Source: Parcubacteria group bacterium (GTDB taxonomy: Bacteria; Patescibacteriota; Minisyncoccia; Moranbacterales; UBA11712). From it: DNA of 64,000 bases. The DNA lies in NCBI GenBank assembly GCA_041659685.1, contig JBAZXV010000008.1, forward strand, positions 3,332 through 67,331, written 5' to 3'. The notes under the pieces were generated by a model. The model ran no database searches, had not been told where the DNA came from, and saw only the letters and a program-made list of their open reading frames with translations. Position numbers and translations under genes: made by a program. Below are positions 28,025 through 38,955 of the stretch, in pieces; within the stretch, counting starts at the first letter, position 1; every line of letters starts with the position of its first letter.

Positions 28025-28705
28025 TTATTTGAATTTTTCTATCTCCGTCTGGGCTTTCTCGAGGTCTTGAGGATTTCCAATCGCCATCCAGCGCGTCGTT
28101 TTCATTACTTTCACCGGATAGTCCTTCGCCATCACTGCCAAGGTTTGAGGGAGTCCGAATTCTTTTCCCGTTATCCTAACCAACTCATAATCAAAAAATT
28201 TATCATTAAGCATGAAAGCGTTCGTGCTGACAAAGGCATCCCCTTCCATCTTTGGTTTTTCGACTATTTCAACAAGCTTCCCCTCCTCATCCGTCTTAAG
28301 GACTCCGAACCTTGACGGATCATCGACTTCCTGAGCGAGAACCGCCAAGCTTTCTTTTATCATATCTTTCAAATCTTTTTTGTAGTAAAGGTCATCTCCC
28401 ATAACAACCAAGAATTTTCCTTTCGCCAGATTTTTACACGCGTGAAGCGCCCCGCCCGTTCCATTCAGTTCTTTTTGGACGACATATTTTATTTTCCGGC
28501 CCTTCCAAACGCCCCCGAAATAATTTTTTATTTGGTCGGAAAGATAATTGACAACGATTATGACTTCGTCGATCTCGTCCGGCAAAAAGGAAAGTGTCCA
28601 TTCCAAAATTGGCTTTCCTTTGATGAAAAGCATTGGCTTTGGCGTTTTATATGTGAGCGGTCGCATTCTTGTCCCTTCTCCCGCGGCCATGATGACTGCT
28701 TGCAT
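28025..28705 (-). CDS. Sugar-phosphate nucleotidyltransferase (GlmU N-terminal/NTP transferase family)
   Basis: MQAVIMAAGEGTRMRPLT...PKPML, GTGGAL, MGDD. Start reassigned to ATG 28705 because the upstream extension is repeat-derived. Confidence 0.88.
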   Translation of the reverse strand: MQAVIMAAGEGTRMRPLTYKTPKPMLFIKGKPILEWTLSFLPDEIDEVIIVVNYLSDQIKNYFGGVWKGRKIKYVVQKELNGTGGALHACKNLAKGKFLVVMGDDLYYKKDLKDMIKESLAVLAQEVDDPSRFGVLKTDEEGKLVEIVEKPKMEGDAFVSTNAFMLNDKFFDYELVRITGKEFGLPQTLAVMAKDYPVKVMKTTRWMAIGNPQDLEKAQTEIEKFK

Positions 28706-28710
28706 ATGGA

Positions 28711-28800
28711 ATACAGATTGTGAACAGATTTGACACAGATTAATTTGCAATGATCTGTATTATCCGCGTGTAATCTGTCAAAAATTTGCGTTTAATGTGT
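28711..28800. repeat. Gene-less inverted array of ~9-11-bp ACAGATT / AATCTGT units
   Basis: ATACAGATT, GAACAGATT, ACACAGATT followed by GATCTGT, ATCCGCG, AATCTGT. Confidence 0.7.
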
Positions 28801-31695
28801 GATTACGAAGTTTATCAATCTGTCTTTCACAAAAATAATTTTCCGTATATCTTTTCCTTCCGTGTATTTTATAATCTTTTGGCTCTCGAGCGCCAGCTTC
28901 TTCGCTTCCTCTTCCTTGACACCGGACGGGACCTTAATCTGGTCGCGAACCTTACCGTTCACTTGAATAATCAGCATTATTTCTTCGTCTTGGACGAGTT
29001 TCGGGTCATACTCCGGCCATTTTTCAAAAAATATAGATTCTTTGCGGCCGAGTTTTTCTTGCCATATCTCCTCCGCCATATGCGGTGCGAATGGGCTTAG
29101 TATAGTATTTAGCAGTTGGTAGCTGATAATCGGTAACTCTTTTTCTTTCTCCATTTCATTCACTAAAATCATCATCGCCGAAATCGCCGTATTGAACCGC
29201 AGATTATCGATATCTTCGGTAACTTTTTTTATAGTCTTATGCAATAATGAATTTATTTTCGTGTTTTGTGTTTTGGGGCCTGGGTTTTGTTTGGTATTTT
29301 GTGTGTTCGTGCTTTGTGTTTTTTCTTCCAATCGCCAGACCCGCTCCAAAAATCTTCTCAATCCTATAATACTGGATGTGTTCCATCTTTTCATATCCTC
29401 AAGCGGACCCATGAACATTTCATAAAGCCGAAGGACATCCGCGCCGTACTCTTTCACTATTTCATCCGGATTAATGACGTTTCCCAAAGACTTCGACATT
29501 TTCCGCCCGTCCTCGGCAATAACAATCCCTTGATGGCGAAGTTTTTTGAACGGCTCGTCGAAATCGATGCGGCCGTGCCTGTGAAGCGCTTTCGTGAAAA
29601 ATCGGGAATACAGCAAATGAAGAACCGTGTGTTCGGCGCCACCGATATAGAGGTCAACCGGCAGCCATTTTTCTATTTTTTCTTTTCCGGCAAATTCTTT
29701 TTCGTTCTTCGGATCAGAAAATCTGAAAAAATACCAGGATGAGCAGACGAATGTGTCCATCGTGTCGAGCTCCCGTTTTGCGGCGGCGCCGCATTTCGGA
29801 CAAACCGTATTCACAAAATCAGAATTTGTTCCAAGCGGCGATGTTCCTTTCGGGCGATAATCCTTCACCTCCGGAAGAAGAACGGGAAGATCTTTCTCGG
29901 AAACCGGCTGCCATCCGCACTTTTCGCAATAAATCATCGGTATCGGGCTTCCCCAATATCTTTGCCGCGAAATGAGCCAGTCGCGGATCTTATAGGTTGT
30001 TTTTCTTCCGCCAAAATTATTTTTTTCAAGCCAAACGGCCATTTCTTCGCGGGCTTTTTCCGATGAAAGACCGGAATATTTTCCCGAATTCACCAAAAAT
30101 CCCTTTTCGGTTAGCACTTTTCCTTCGAGATAAGAAAGATCGATCTTGTCCTTCTCTTCGCTCCTGTTTTTTATGAAATAATTTTTCAAATTTATGAGAA
30201 ATTTCCGGCTCAAAACAAGTGACTGATAATCGCCAAATGTTTTGATCTCTTCTTCGAAATCACAATCTTTTAATCCGTATTCCCAGGCGCAAGGGCCGAT
30301 ATCCACTTCGATTCCGTTTGAATTTTTGAAAATAAAGTTAGTCAATTTTTCGGTTAACTTTTTCTCTTTTATCTTTTCGAAGCCAAGCTTCTCGAGAACG
30401 GCTATCATCTTTTCCTGCGAAGCCGGATCTCTGGCGATCAGATCCAGATCGTCGTGCTCGCGATATACGATTCCCGCATAAAATGCATTGGCCAGGCCGC
30501 CAAGAAGCCAGAACTTTACATTTTCTTTTTGCGCTTCATTATATATTTCCTTCAGGGCCTCCAGAACCTTTATTGTCTTTTCATAAGATTCGAAATCAAG
30601 AGTGATGGATTGGCTTATCGGCAGATTGTATTTTTTTGCAAACTCAAAATCCCGCTCGTCGTGAGCCGGAACAGCCATTACTGCGCCGGTGCCGTAGGTT
30701 GAAAGAACATAATCGGCAACGAATATGGGAACTTCCTTGTCCGTGAAGGGATTAATTACCCTAAGGCCTTTGATTTCGACTCCCGTTTTTTCTTTCTGGA
30801 GTTCCGTTCGCTCGAGATCCGTTTTCCTTTTCGCTTCGTTAATATATTTTTCAACTTCCTTGTAATTTTCAATCCCATCTTTTATTTTTTCTATAATCGG
30901 ATGTTCTGGAGAGACAACTGCATAGGTCATGCCATATACAGTATCCAAACGAGTTGTATAGACCCTAATTCCTGATTCGTAATTCGTAATTCGTAATTCA
31001 AATTCCGCGCCGACGGACTTTCCAATCCAATTTTTTTGCGCGATTTTTGTCGATTGCGGCCAGTCAATCTTGTCGAGCCCCTCAATGAGTTCTTCCGCAA
31101 AATCGGTTATCTTGAAAAACCACTGCTCAAGATCTTTCTGGATCACTTCGTTCTTGCAGCGTTCGCAAATTCCGCCTTCCGCCTGCTCGTTGGCGAGAAC
31201 CGTCTGGCAGGATCCGCACCAGTTTACCTTCGCCTTTTTGCGGTAAGCAAGGCCGTTTTTATATAAAAACAAAAAGAACCATTGGGTCCATTTGTAATAT
31301 CCGGGATTCGAAGTGTCGATTTCCCGCTTCCAGTCATAAGACAGCCCAAGGCTCTTGATTTGTCCCGTAAAATTTTTGATATTTTGATGCGTACTCTTGT
31401 CGGGATGAACTCCGGTCTTGATGGCATAGTTTTCCGCCGGAAGGCCGAACGCGTCCCACCCCATCGGATGCAGAACATTTTTTCCTTTCATTCGCTGATA
31501 ACGGGAATATATGTCTGAGGCAGTGTATCCTTCCACGTGCCCGACATGGAGCCCGTCGCCCGAAGGATACGGAAACATATCAAGGCAATAGAATTTTTCC
31601 TTTTCCGACTTCTCGTCCGCCTCAAAAAGTTCCGGATGCTCCGCCCAGTATTTTTGCCACTTTCTCTCAATTTTCTTAGGATTATACTTAGGCAT
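28792..31695 (-). CDS. leuS: Leucine-tRNA ligase with inserted nucleotidyltransferase-like domain
   Basis: MFPYPSG..LHVGH, GTGAVMAVPAHDERD editing motif, DWLISRQRYWG, KMSKSLGN. Confidence 0.97.
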   Translation of the reverse strand: MPKYNPKKIERKWQKYWAEHPELFEADEKSEKEKFYCLDMFPYPSGDGLHVGHVEGYTASDIYSRYQRMKGKNVLHPMGWDAFGLPAENYAIKTGVHPDKSTHQNIKNFTGQIKSLGLSYDWKREIDTSNPGYYKWTQWFFLFLYKNGLAYRKKAKVNWCGSCQTVLANEQAEGGICERCKNEVIQKDLEQWFFKITDFAEELIEGLDKIDWPQSTKIAQKNWIGKSVGAEFELRITNYESGIRVYTTRLDTVYGMTYAVVSPEHPIIEKIKDGIENYKEVEKYINEAKRKTDLERTELQKEKTGVEIKGLRVINPFTDKEVPIFVADYVLSTYGTGAVMAVPAHDERDFEFAKKYNLPISQSITLDFESYEKTIKVLEALKEIYNEAQKENVKFWLLGGLANAFYAGIVYREHDDLDLIARDPASQEKMIAVLEKLGFEKIKEKKLTEKLTNFIFKNSNGIEVDIGPCAWEYGLKDCDFEEEIKTFGDYQSLVLSRKFLINLKNYFIKNRSEEKDKIDLSYLEGKVLTEKGFLVNSGKYSGLSSEKAREEMAVWLEKNNFGGRKTTYKIRDWLISRQRYWGSPIPMIYCEKCGWQPVSEKDLPVLLPEVKDYRPKGTSPLGTNSDFVNTVCPKCGAAAKRELDTMDTFVCSSWYFFRFSDPKNEKEFAGKEKIEKWLPVDLYIGGAEHTVLHLLYSRFFTKALHRHGRIDFDEPFKKLRHQGIVIAEDGRKMSKSLGNVINPDEIVKEYGADVLRLYEMFMGPLEDMKRWNTSSIIGLRRFLERVWRLEEKTQSTNTQNTKQNPGPKTQNTKINSLLHKTIKKVTEDIDNLRFNTAISAMMILVNEMEKEKELPIISYQLLNTILSPFAPHMAEEIWQEKLGRKESIFFEKWPEYDPKLVQDEEIMLIIQVNGKVRDQIKVPSGVKEEEAKKLALESQKIIKYTEGKDIRKIIFVKDRLINFVITH

Positions 31696-31841
31696 AATTT
31701 AAATGTTTTGCCCCTTAACTCTATCCCATTTGGGGATTTTTTTCAACTTATAATTTGATTTTTATATTATTGACAACCAATAAAAAAAGTGTTAGCGTTC
31801 TTCGACAGATCTTTGTCAAAAAATTTTTGCCGGAGGGGCAG

Positions 31842-32972
31842 ATGAAACTTCATATAACATTGAATCCCGCTGATGATTGCGACCGGGGATGCGCCCATTG
31901 CTTCCTGGAATCTACTCCCAATAAGGGAACAAGAATGGTGCCGGAAACGATGGAAATTCTCATTGAAGAAGTCAAGAAAATCAACCCCGAACAACTGTTT
32001 TGGGCGTACACTGGCGGCGGAGAACCTTTTCGAAATCCAATGATTACCGAACTCATAGAGAGTCCTCTTAGACCGCTCGGAGGAAAAATGGCAAAACTTC
32101 GGATCGTAACATCCGGATTTTTGCCAAAAAATGAGGACGAAATCGAACGCTTTATTCGGCTTATCGAAAAACCCTTCTCCGGATTCCTGCAAATTCTCCT
32201 AAGTTTCAATCTTTTTAACCCGCAATTTCCCAGAAGGCTGAAAAACACCCTGGCTTTGATTATGAACCACCGCAGCAGAGCCGGATTCACCTTCATCAGG
32301 CTTTGCCTGAGCTGCGAAGGCTTTGGACGTTCATACCGGTCTCTCGAAAAAGTATTGAACGATTTTTGCTCCGATACCCATTCCGAAATTCTCCCTATGT
32401 TTGCGGAAATACCAAAAAGCCAGATGGATTCTGCAATCAGCTTCTTTCTGCCGGAAAGGCAATTGATAGCAAAGAAAAATTTTCCGGGCGAAGAGGACGG
32501 GGAGCAATGGGAATGGATAAAAGAGCGATGGTCCGAAGATCGGGAAGGAAAAATGATTGACGAAGCGCACCTCTATGACCTTTTCTGCTGGGCAAGCAAT
32601 CCGATGCGCGGCGTATTTCCTCTCATCATCCAGCCCATTCCTCTCCTGAAAATCGGACGGGCAAAAAAAATTCGCCAGACTCCCCTCCGCTATTTTTACT
32701 GCGATTCCATTATGGGGCGCCCCGATAATGGCTCGGAAAGAATTATCGTGGGAGCGGATGGAAGCCTTTACCCGCAAATGCAATGCTGCGGATCCCAGAG
32801 GATGTCGCTCGGGAAACTCGGAAAAGATTCTCTCCGGGAAGCATTGGATCGCAAAAGAGAATTTTCTTCAGTTGCTCTCAAGGAAATCTTGGCGGACGGA
32901 AGAATGTTCGATGAGGAAAGCAACGGCATATGTGAAGTGTGCAAAAGCATCAAATCCAGGCTGAAACTTTAG
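31842..32972 (+). CDS. Radical SAM protein with Cys-containing C-terminal extension
   Basis: CDRGCAHC (CxxxCxxC), YTGGGEPF, C-terminal GSLYPQMQCC...CEVCK. GGAGGGG precedes ATG 31842 and TTGACA lies at 31770. Confidence 0.8.
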   Translation: MKLHITLNPADDCDRGCAHCFLESTPNKGTRMVPETMEILIEEVKKINPEQLFWAYTGGGEPFRNPMITELIESPLRPLGGKMAKLRIVTSGFLPKNEDEIERFIRLIEKPFSGFLQILLSFNLFNPQFPRRLKNTLALIMNHRSRAGFTFIRLCLSCEGFGRSYRSLEKVLNDFCSDTHSEILPMFAEIPKSQMDSAISFFLPERQLIAKKNFPGEEDGEQWEWIKERWSEDREGKMIDEAHLYDLFCWASNPMRGVFPLIIQPIPLLKIGRAKKIRQTPLRYFYCDSIMGRPDNGSERIIVGADGSLYPQMQCCGSQRMSLGKLGKDSLREALDRKREFSSVALKEILADGRMFDEESNGICEVCKSIKSRLKL

Positions 32973-32984
32973 CCTGGATAAAAT

Positions 32985-33013
32985 AAAGGGCGGACCTCAC
33001 GGACCGCCCTTTT
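32985..33013. terminator. Probable bidirectional intrinsic terminator
   Basis: AAAGGGCGG...CCGCCCTTT between convergent genes. Confidence 0.65.
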
Positions 33014-33118
33014 GATATTCTTGAAATATAAATTATGCAAAAGGAATTTTATCGGAATATAAAATGATTGGGATCCGCAACCTTCTGCGGATCCCGTGTC
33101 TTCCATGCAGCCTTCCTT

Positions 33119-33400
33119 TCAGGCGTAGAAGACATTGTAGGGTGATATGACCCCCGCGGCCTGTTGGAAAAGATTCTCTCCGCCGGGCAAAGATTGGTTA
33201 GTATAGAGGCGCACATCCGGCCTCGATACTTTGCTTGAGCGCACTTCCTGAAGAGCTCTTTTGGTGTCTCCTCCACAGAGGATATACTCGGCGCTTTTGC
33301 GGAATTCAGGATATCCCTGCAGCTTTTTTCGGAGCTCCTCTTCTCCGCACCCCATGCAAATGACCACTGTAACATGCGGCACAACCCCTTTTAGACTCAT
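33119..33400 (-). CDS. Hypothetical protein
   Basis: GGAGG upstream of ATG and hairpin GGGATCCGCA..TGCGGATCCC downstream. No recognisable family. Confidence 0.5.
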   Translation of the reverse strand: MSLKGVVPHVTVVICMGCGEEELRKKLQGYPEFRKSAEYILCGGDTKRALQEVRSSKVSRPDVRLYTNQSLPGGENLFQQAAGVISPYNVFYA

Positions 33401-33726
33401 CTTCCGGGACCTCCTTCCCTTGAAAGATAGATTTGCTATTAATAAACGCTGGCGGTACTAGTTAATAAGAAACTAGCAAAAAAGAAGGAAATATTCAAGT
33501 AAACAAAAAGATGCGATCAGCGCCATACTTTTTTTGCTGTATACAACTCTAAAAGATATCGTGATCTTATGATATCAGCATTCTTTCCGTCGGCAAGTTA
33601 TTTTTTCCGATTTTCCGGTTTACTTCTTTTGGGTTTTTTCAAGAAGCTCGGCCAATTTTCTTTTTTTTGAAAATCCGCCCGCTGGAACTCAAGGCCCAAA
33701 TATATTATAATTAAGAATAGGACGAT

Positions 33727-33951
33727 ATGGAAAAAACAAAATCAAAACTCGAGCAAGAATCCCTGAGAGTGATTTCTTCCTATTTCGGGGAAAAAACAGG
33801 AAAACTTTATGAAGACAAATTTATCGGCAAAAGCGATGCCATTGTTTTGGTAATGGTGCGGGAGCTTTTGGGGGAATATTTGGGCCAAATAGAGACCGAG
33901 GCGCAAATGAGGTCTCTTTATAAATTAATAGACAATAATTTACCCCGTTAG
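33727..33951 (+). CDS. Small hypothetical protein
   Basis: 74-aa ORF after an AT-rich TATAAT region, co-oriented with the next gene. Confidence 0.6.
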   Translation: MEKTKSKLEQESLRVISSYFGEKTGKLYEDKFIGKSDAIVLVMVRELLGEYLGQIETEAQMRSLYKLIDNNLPR

Positions 33952-33993
33952 AAATCATAACCGCTTTGTATGATTTCCGACTGAAAAAATAAC

Positions 33994-34815
33994 ATGAAAA
34001 TTAACAAAAAAAATCCTAACGGGGTGAAGACAAATAAATTTCTGATCGCGGTTCTTGGAATTTTATTCATTTTTCTGGCTGCCGCCTATATTTTTGAAAA
34101 ACCGGCGGCTCTCCTTACTGAAACATTATTTCTTTTTCCGGTTTTTCTTTCAACGGCGGCCGGCTTCTCGGCTGCCGGGATCTACGGGCTCAAAAGCCAC
34201 AACGGAAAAGCCTTGCTCCTCATCGCTTTCGGTTTGTCTTTTTGGTCGGCAGGTGAACTGGTCTGGTATATTTTCAAAAATTTCATGGGTATCGACCCTT
34301 TTCCCTCGATAGCTGACCTCTTTTTCCTGCTTGCTTATCCCCTGCTTCTCACCGGCATATTGTATGGAACCAGATTGACTCAAATTAAGTGGAGTCAGAT
34401 GGATAAGAAAACAACCGCGGCCGGATTAGCGACGGTGATAATTCTTACCGCGGCCGTATCTTACTGGGGAATATATGAAGCTTACGATCCCCAAACCGGA
34501 TTTCTTGAAAACGTTGTTGTTATGAGCTACGGAGTGGCCGACCTAATTCTCATCGGATCCCTTATTTTTTCCCTTGGAATAGCCCGCGTGTTCAGGGGCG
34601 GCCGGTTCGGGACTTTTTGGACCTTAGTCACTGTTGGATTTTTCTTTAATCTTGCGGCGGATATTTTGTTCGCGATCTATCGCTCGTCCTATTCCGAAGA
34701 CTTGAAACCCTATATGTATATCGACCTTATCTGGATGGCCGGATATCTGCTGGTCGCCTACAGCCTTCTGGACAACGCGCTTTCTTTGCGGGCTATTCAC
34801 AAGAAATTGAAATAA
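33994..34815 (+). CDS. Multi-pass membrane protein resembling stand-alone sensor TM domains
   Basis: About 7-8 TM helices, W..GELVW, PFPSIADLFFLLAYP. Confidence 0.7.
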   Translation: MKINKKNPNGVKTNKFLIAVLGILFIFLAAAYIFEKPAALLTETLFLFPVFLSTAAGFSAAGIYGLKSHNGKALLLIAFGLSFWSAGELVWYIFKNFMGIDPFPSIADLFFLLAYPLLLTGILYGTRLTQIKWSQMDKKTTAAGLATVIILTAAVSYWGIYEAYDPQTGFLENVVVMSYGVADLILIGSLIFSLGIARVFRGGRFGTFWTLVTVGFFFNLAADILFAIYRSSYSEDLKPYMYIDLIWMAGYLLVAYSLLDNALSLRAIHKKLK

Positions 34816-34941
34816 TCTTACTGATTTATCTTGCATCCGGCCCCAAAATTTTCGCCAGTCATATTTCATTGAATATTTCCAAAAAGAACGCGCTGATAAA
34901 TTTTGAACTGGATCGATTTCCAAACTTTTTAAACTATTGGA

Positions 34942-34971
34942 AAAGGGCAGTGTCCGCGGACACTGCCCTTT
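34942..34971. terminator. Perfect 30-bp palindrome, probable bidirectional terminator
   Basis: AAAGGGCAGTGTCCGCGGACACTGCCCTTT between convergent genes. Confidence 0.7.
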
Positions 34972-35023
34972 ATTTTCTGGAAAAATAACAATTTTTTTTC
35001 CGACTTTCTTAAGCCAGGCGTGT

Positions 35024-35542
35024 TTATTCAGCCGATTTCCGCCCCAGTTCGTAGAAAACCTGGGAAGTCACTCCCCGCTCCGTCGATTTGATATGAAGAA
35101 ACGGGAAAATTCCTTTGAACAACCCGGAGTGCTTGATTGCTCCAGGCAGTTCTTTGAACATCTGATAGGTGTCCAACAGGTTCTGCTCTAAATGGCAAAT
35201 TACGGCGCAGGGATAGTGGAGAACTGCCACAATATTATCGATGGGCATTTCTTCCACAGGAACTCGAATATTTTTCAGAAGGCAATCTGCCAGCCACATG
35301 TCGAATCCCTTGAACGAGGGAGTCAAGAACACGGGGCCGCCGAAGATTGCAAAGTGATTGAAGGGCTCAAATACTTCTTGCAAAGTGCTGGCAATATTTG
35401 TTCGCCCATCCCCGCAATACGTCGATGCGGTCCTGGTTGGATCCAAATGCCCCAGAACATCCGCCAAAACAACCGGCCTAATCAACTCTTGAGAGACCAA
35501 CTCTGTTTGAAGCGCCAAGTCCTCTGGTTTCATTACCGCCAT
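35024..35542 (-). CDS. Divergent beta-carbonic-anhydrase-like protein
   Basis: YCGDGR, FGGP and HYPCA give CxDxR...HxxC Zn ligands. Strong SD. Confidence 0.55.
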   Translation of the reverse strand: MAVMKPEDLALQTELVSQELIRPVVLADVLGHLDPTRTASTYCGDGRTNIASTLQEVFEPFNHFAIFGGPVFLTPSFKGFDMWLADCLLKNIRVPVEEMPIDNIVAVLHYPCAVICHLEQNLLDTYQMFKELPGAIKHSGLFKGIFPFLHIKSTERGVTSQVFYELGRKSAE

Positions 35543-35848
35543 GTCCCCCTCCTAAAAAAATGAAAGATGTATTACAACAAAAAAAGCGCCGTACGCTCTT
35601 TTGTTATCCTGATTGTTGCATATTTTTCCCTTTTCGTCAATACGTATTTTACGCTTATATAGCAATAAATGATTATAATTAGCTACTATTTCCGAAAGCA
35701 GTCTTAATATATTGCATTTCAGGCGTTTAATTTCAATGTTTATCACTCATTTTTCAAGCGCTTGAGAACCAAAAAGGAGGATAAAAAATCTTTAAAAGCG
35801 GCTCCATCGGCCGCTTTTGTCTTTATTCTGAAAAGTTTTTACAAAAAA

Positions 35849-36295
35849 TTATTCAATTTTCATAAAATCAATACTCTCACTGTCGTCTATAAGCTTCGCG
35901 TAAACGAGAATTATTTCTTTTTCAGGATAATACTTTAAAATTTTTTCTTTCGCTTTTCGGAGTTCGCTTTCGTGGAATTTCTGCTCGGCTTCAAGGTCGC
36001 CCTTGAACTCTGCGCTTCCGCCGTAAGCTCCGCAGTCGGCATGATTCACGATAACGATTTTTTTGACGTGATGCAGATCGCACGGAACGCCAATGCACAT
36101 CATCGGGACATCGACTTCGTTCTGACAGTCGTTTATTGCTTTCGCGGATCCGGGCATTTTAGGAAAATCATACGATTTAATCCCGAGATCCTCATCGATA
36201 AACTTCATCGTCTCTTTCCAAAATCGGAAGTCTATGCAGGCAAGGACAACCGCGTCGCAACTGTGAATGTTTTTATAGTTGAATGGGGTTTTCAT
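35849..36295 (-). CDS. Beta-class carbonic anhydrase-like protein
   Basis: ACIDFR and NHADCGAYGG motifs. Confidence 0.75.
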   Translation of the reverse strand: MKTPFNYKNIHSCDAVVLACIDFRFWKETMKFIDEDLGIKSYDFPKMPGSAKAINDCQNEVDVPMMCIGVPCDLHHVKKIVIVNHADCGAYGGSAEFKGDLEAEQKFHESELRKAKEKILKYYPEKEIILVYAKLIDDSESIDFMKIE

Positions 36296-36314
36296 AAAAT
36301 ATCTTTTTTGTTCG

Positions 36315-36420
36315 AAGCGCAAAGCTCAAATCTCAAAACCACAGAGAAAAACTTAAAACTTTTTATAATTTTTAATTTTAAGTTGTGGTTTTGAACTTTG
36401 CGTTTTGAATTTTGAGCTTA
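36315..36420. repeat. ~110-bp foldback element, second copy at 38799-38912
   Basis: CAAAACCACA...TGTGGTTTTG inverted arms. The 28-bp AGTTGTGGTTTTGAACTTTGCGTTTTGA is identical at 36381-36408 and 38874-38901. Confidence 0.85.
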
Positions 36421-36421
36421 A

Positions 36422-36853
36422 TTACTCGATTTTCATTCCTCTTCTCGTCAGATGTTTTTTTGCCACTCGGATTCGCGCCAGATTTTTTTCAAGAATCGCC
36501 GCCGCGGTCGCGTATTCTGTTTCATCCATTCTTATCTTTTCCTCTTTTATTTTTTCCGCCCGCGCTTTCGCTTCTTCCGCCCGCTTCACATCGATCTCCT
36601 CCGCCCTTTCGGCTGTGTCGGCGAGAACCGTAATCTCATTTTTTTGCACTTCGATCATGCCGCCTGAGGCCGCTATCGCCACTTCTTCGTTTTCTCTTTT
36701 AGCGACAATTTCTCCGGCGCGAAGAACTGAAATCAGAGGAATATGATTCGGAAGCACGGTAATCTCCCCTTCTGATGTCGGAAGAGTAACTTGATCAACT
36801 TCAGACTCATAAACAGTACGTTCGGGAGTTACGATCTTAAATTTTATTTTCAT
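36422..36853 (-). CDS. atpC: ATP synthase F1 epsilon subunit
   Basis: IVTPER, GEITVLPNHIPL, LADTAERAEEID. Confidence 0.95.
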   Translation of the reverse strand: MKIKFKIVTPERTVYESEVDQVTLPTSEGEITVLPNHIPLISVLRAGEIVAKRENEEVAIAASGGMIEVQKNEITVLADTAERAEEIDVKRAEEAKARAEKIKEEKIRMDETEYATAAAILEKNLARIRVAKKHLTRRGMKIE

Positions 36854-36894
36854 GTGACAGATTTTACGCGGATTATAAACCGATTAGACACGGA

Positions 36895-37335
36895 TTACAC
36901 GGATTGTTTTTGCTTTATCTTTGCAAAAAATGGCTTGTTATCGTTTGTACAAATTATTCTTCTGAAATACAACGACGGCAATCCGAAATTAAAAACATAG
37001 CCTATCTCATATTCCGACGCTTTTAAATATTCTGACAACTGGATTTCATGCTTTCTGAAGACTTGCGGCACGGCTTTCAACTCCAGAACAATTTTATTTT
37101 CTATAACCAAATCAGGCTCATAATATCCAATTTCGTTTCCGGTATCTCTTGAACGGATAGCTATTTTGGGCTTTGAAAGAAATTTCAACTTGTCTAAATT
37201 CAATCTTTCTTCCAGAGCTTTGTGGTAAATTCGTTCATTATGAACAGATTTATAATCCCTGTGAATTGCCATGCAAATCCCCACGAGCCTGTAGCTCAAT
37301 TCCTTATGCAAAAATTTTTCCTCCTTCATATCCAT
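36895..37335 (-). CDS. GxxExxY family protein (PD-(D/E)xK nuclease fold), flanked by inverted repeat arrays
   Basis: ELSYRLVGICMAIH..SVHNERIY, YEPDLVIENKIVLELKA, QLSEYLK, GYVFNFG. Confidence 0.88.
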   Translation of the reverse strand: MDMKEEKFLHKELSYRLVGICMAIHRDYKSVHNERIYHKALEERLNLDKLKFLSKPKIAIRSRDTGNEIGYYEPDLVIENKIVLELKAVPQVFRKHEIQLSEYLKASEYEIGYVFNFGLPSLYFRRIICTNDNKPFFAKIKQKQSV

Positions 37336-37401
37336 TGATTTGCGCTAAACTAATCCGCGTAATCCGCAAAAATCTGCAAAAAATCCGTGTTTAATCTATG
37401 C

Positions 37402-38796
<1,395 letters not shown>

Positions 38797-38955
38797 TTAG
38801 CTCAAAGCGTAAAGCTTAAATTTCAAAACCACAGCGCAAAACTTAAAACTTTTTGAAATAATTTTGAGCTTTTAGTTGTGGTTTTGAACTTTGCGTTTTG
38901 AGTTTTGAGTTTAACTTAAATTATTAAAAAATTCAATATAATTGGTAAAATAAAA

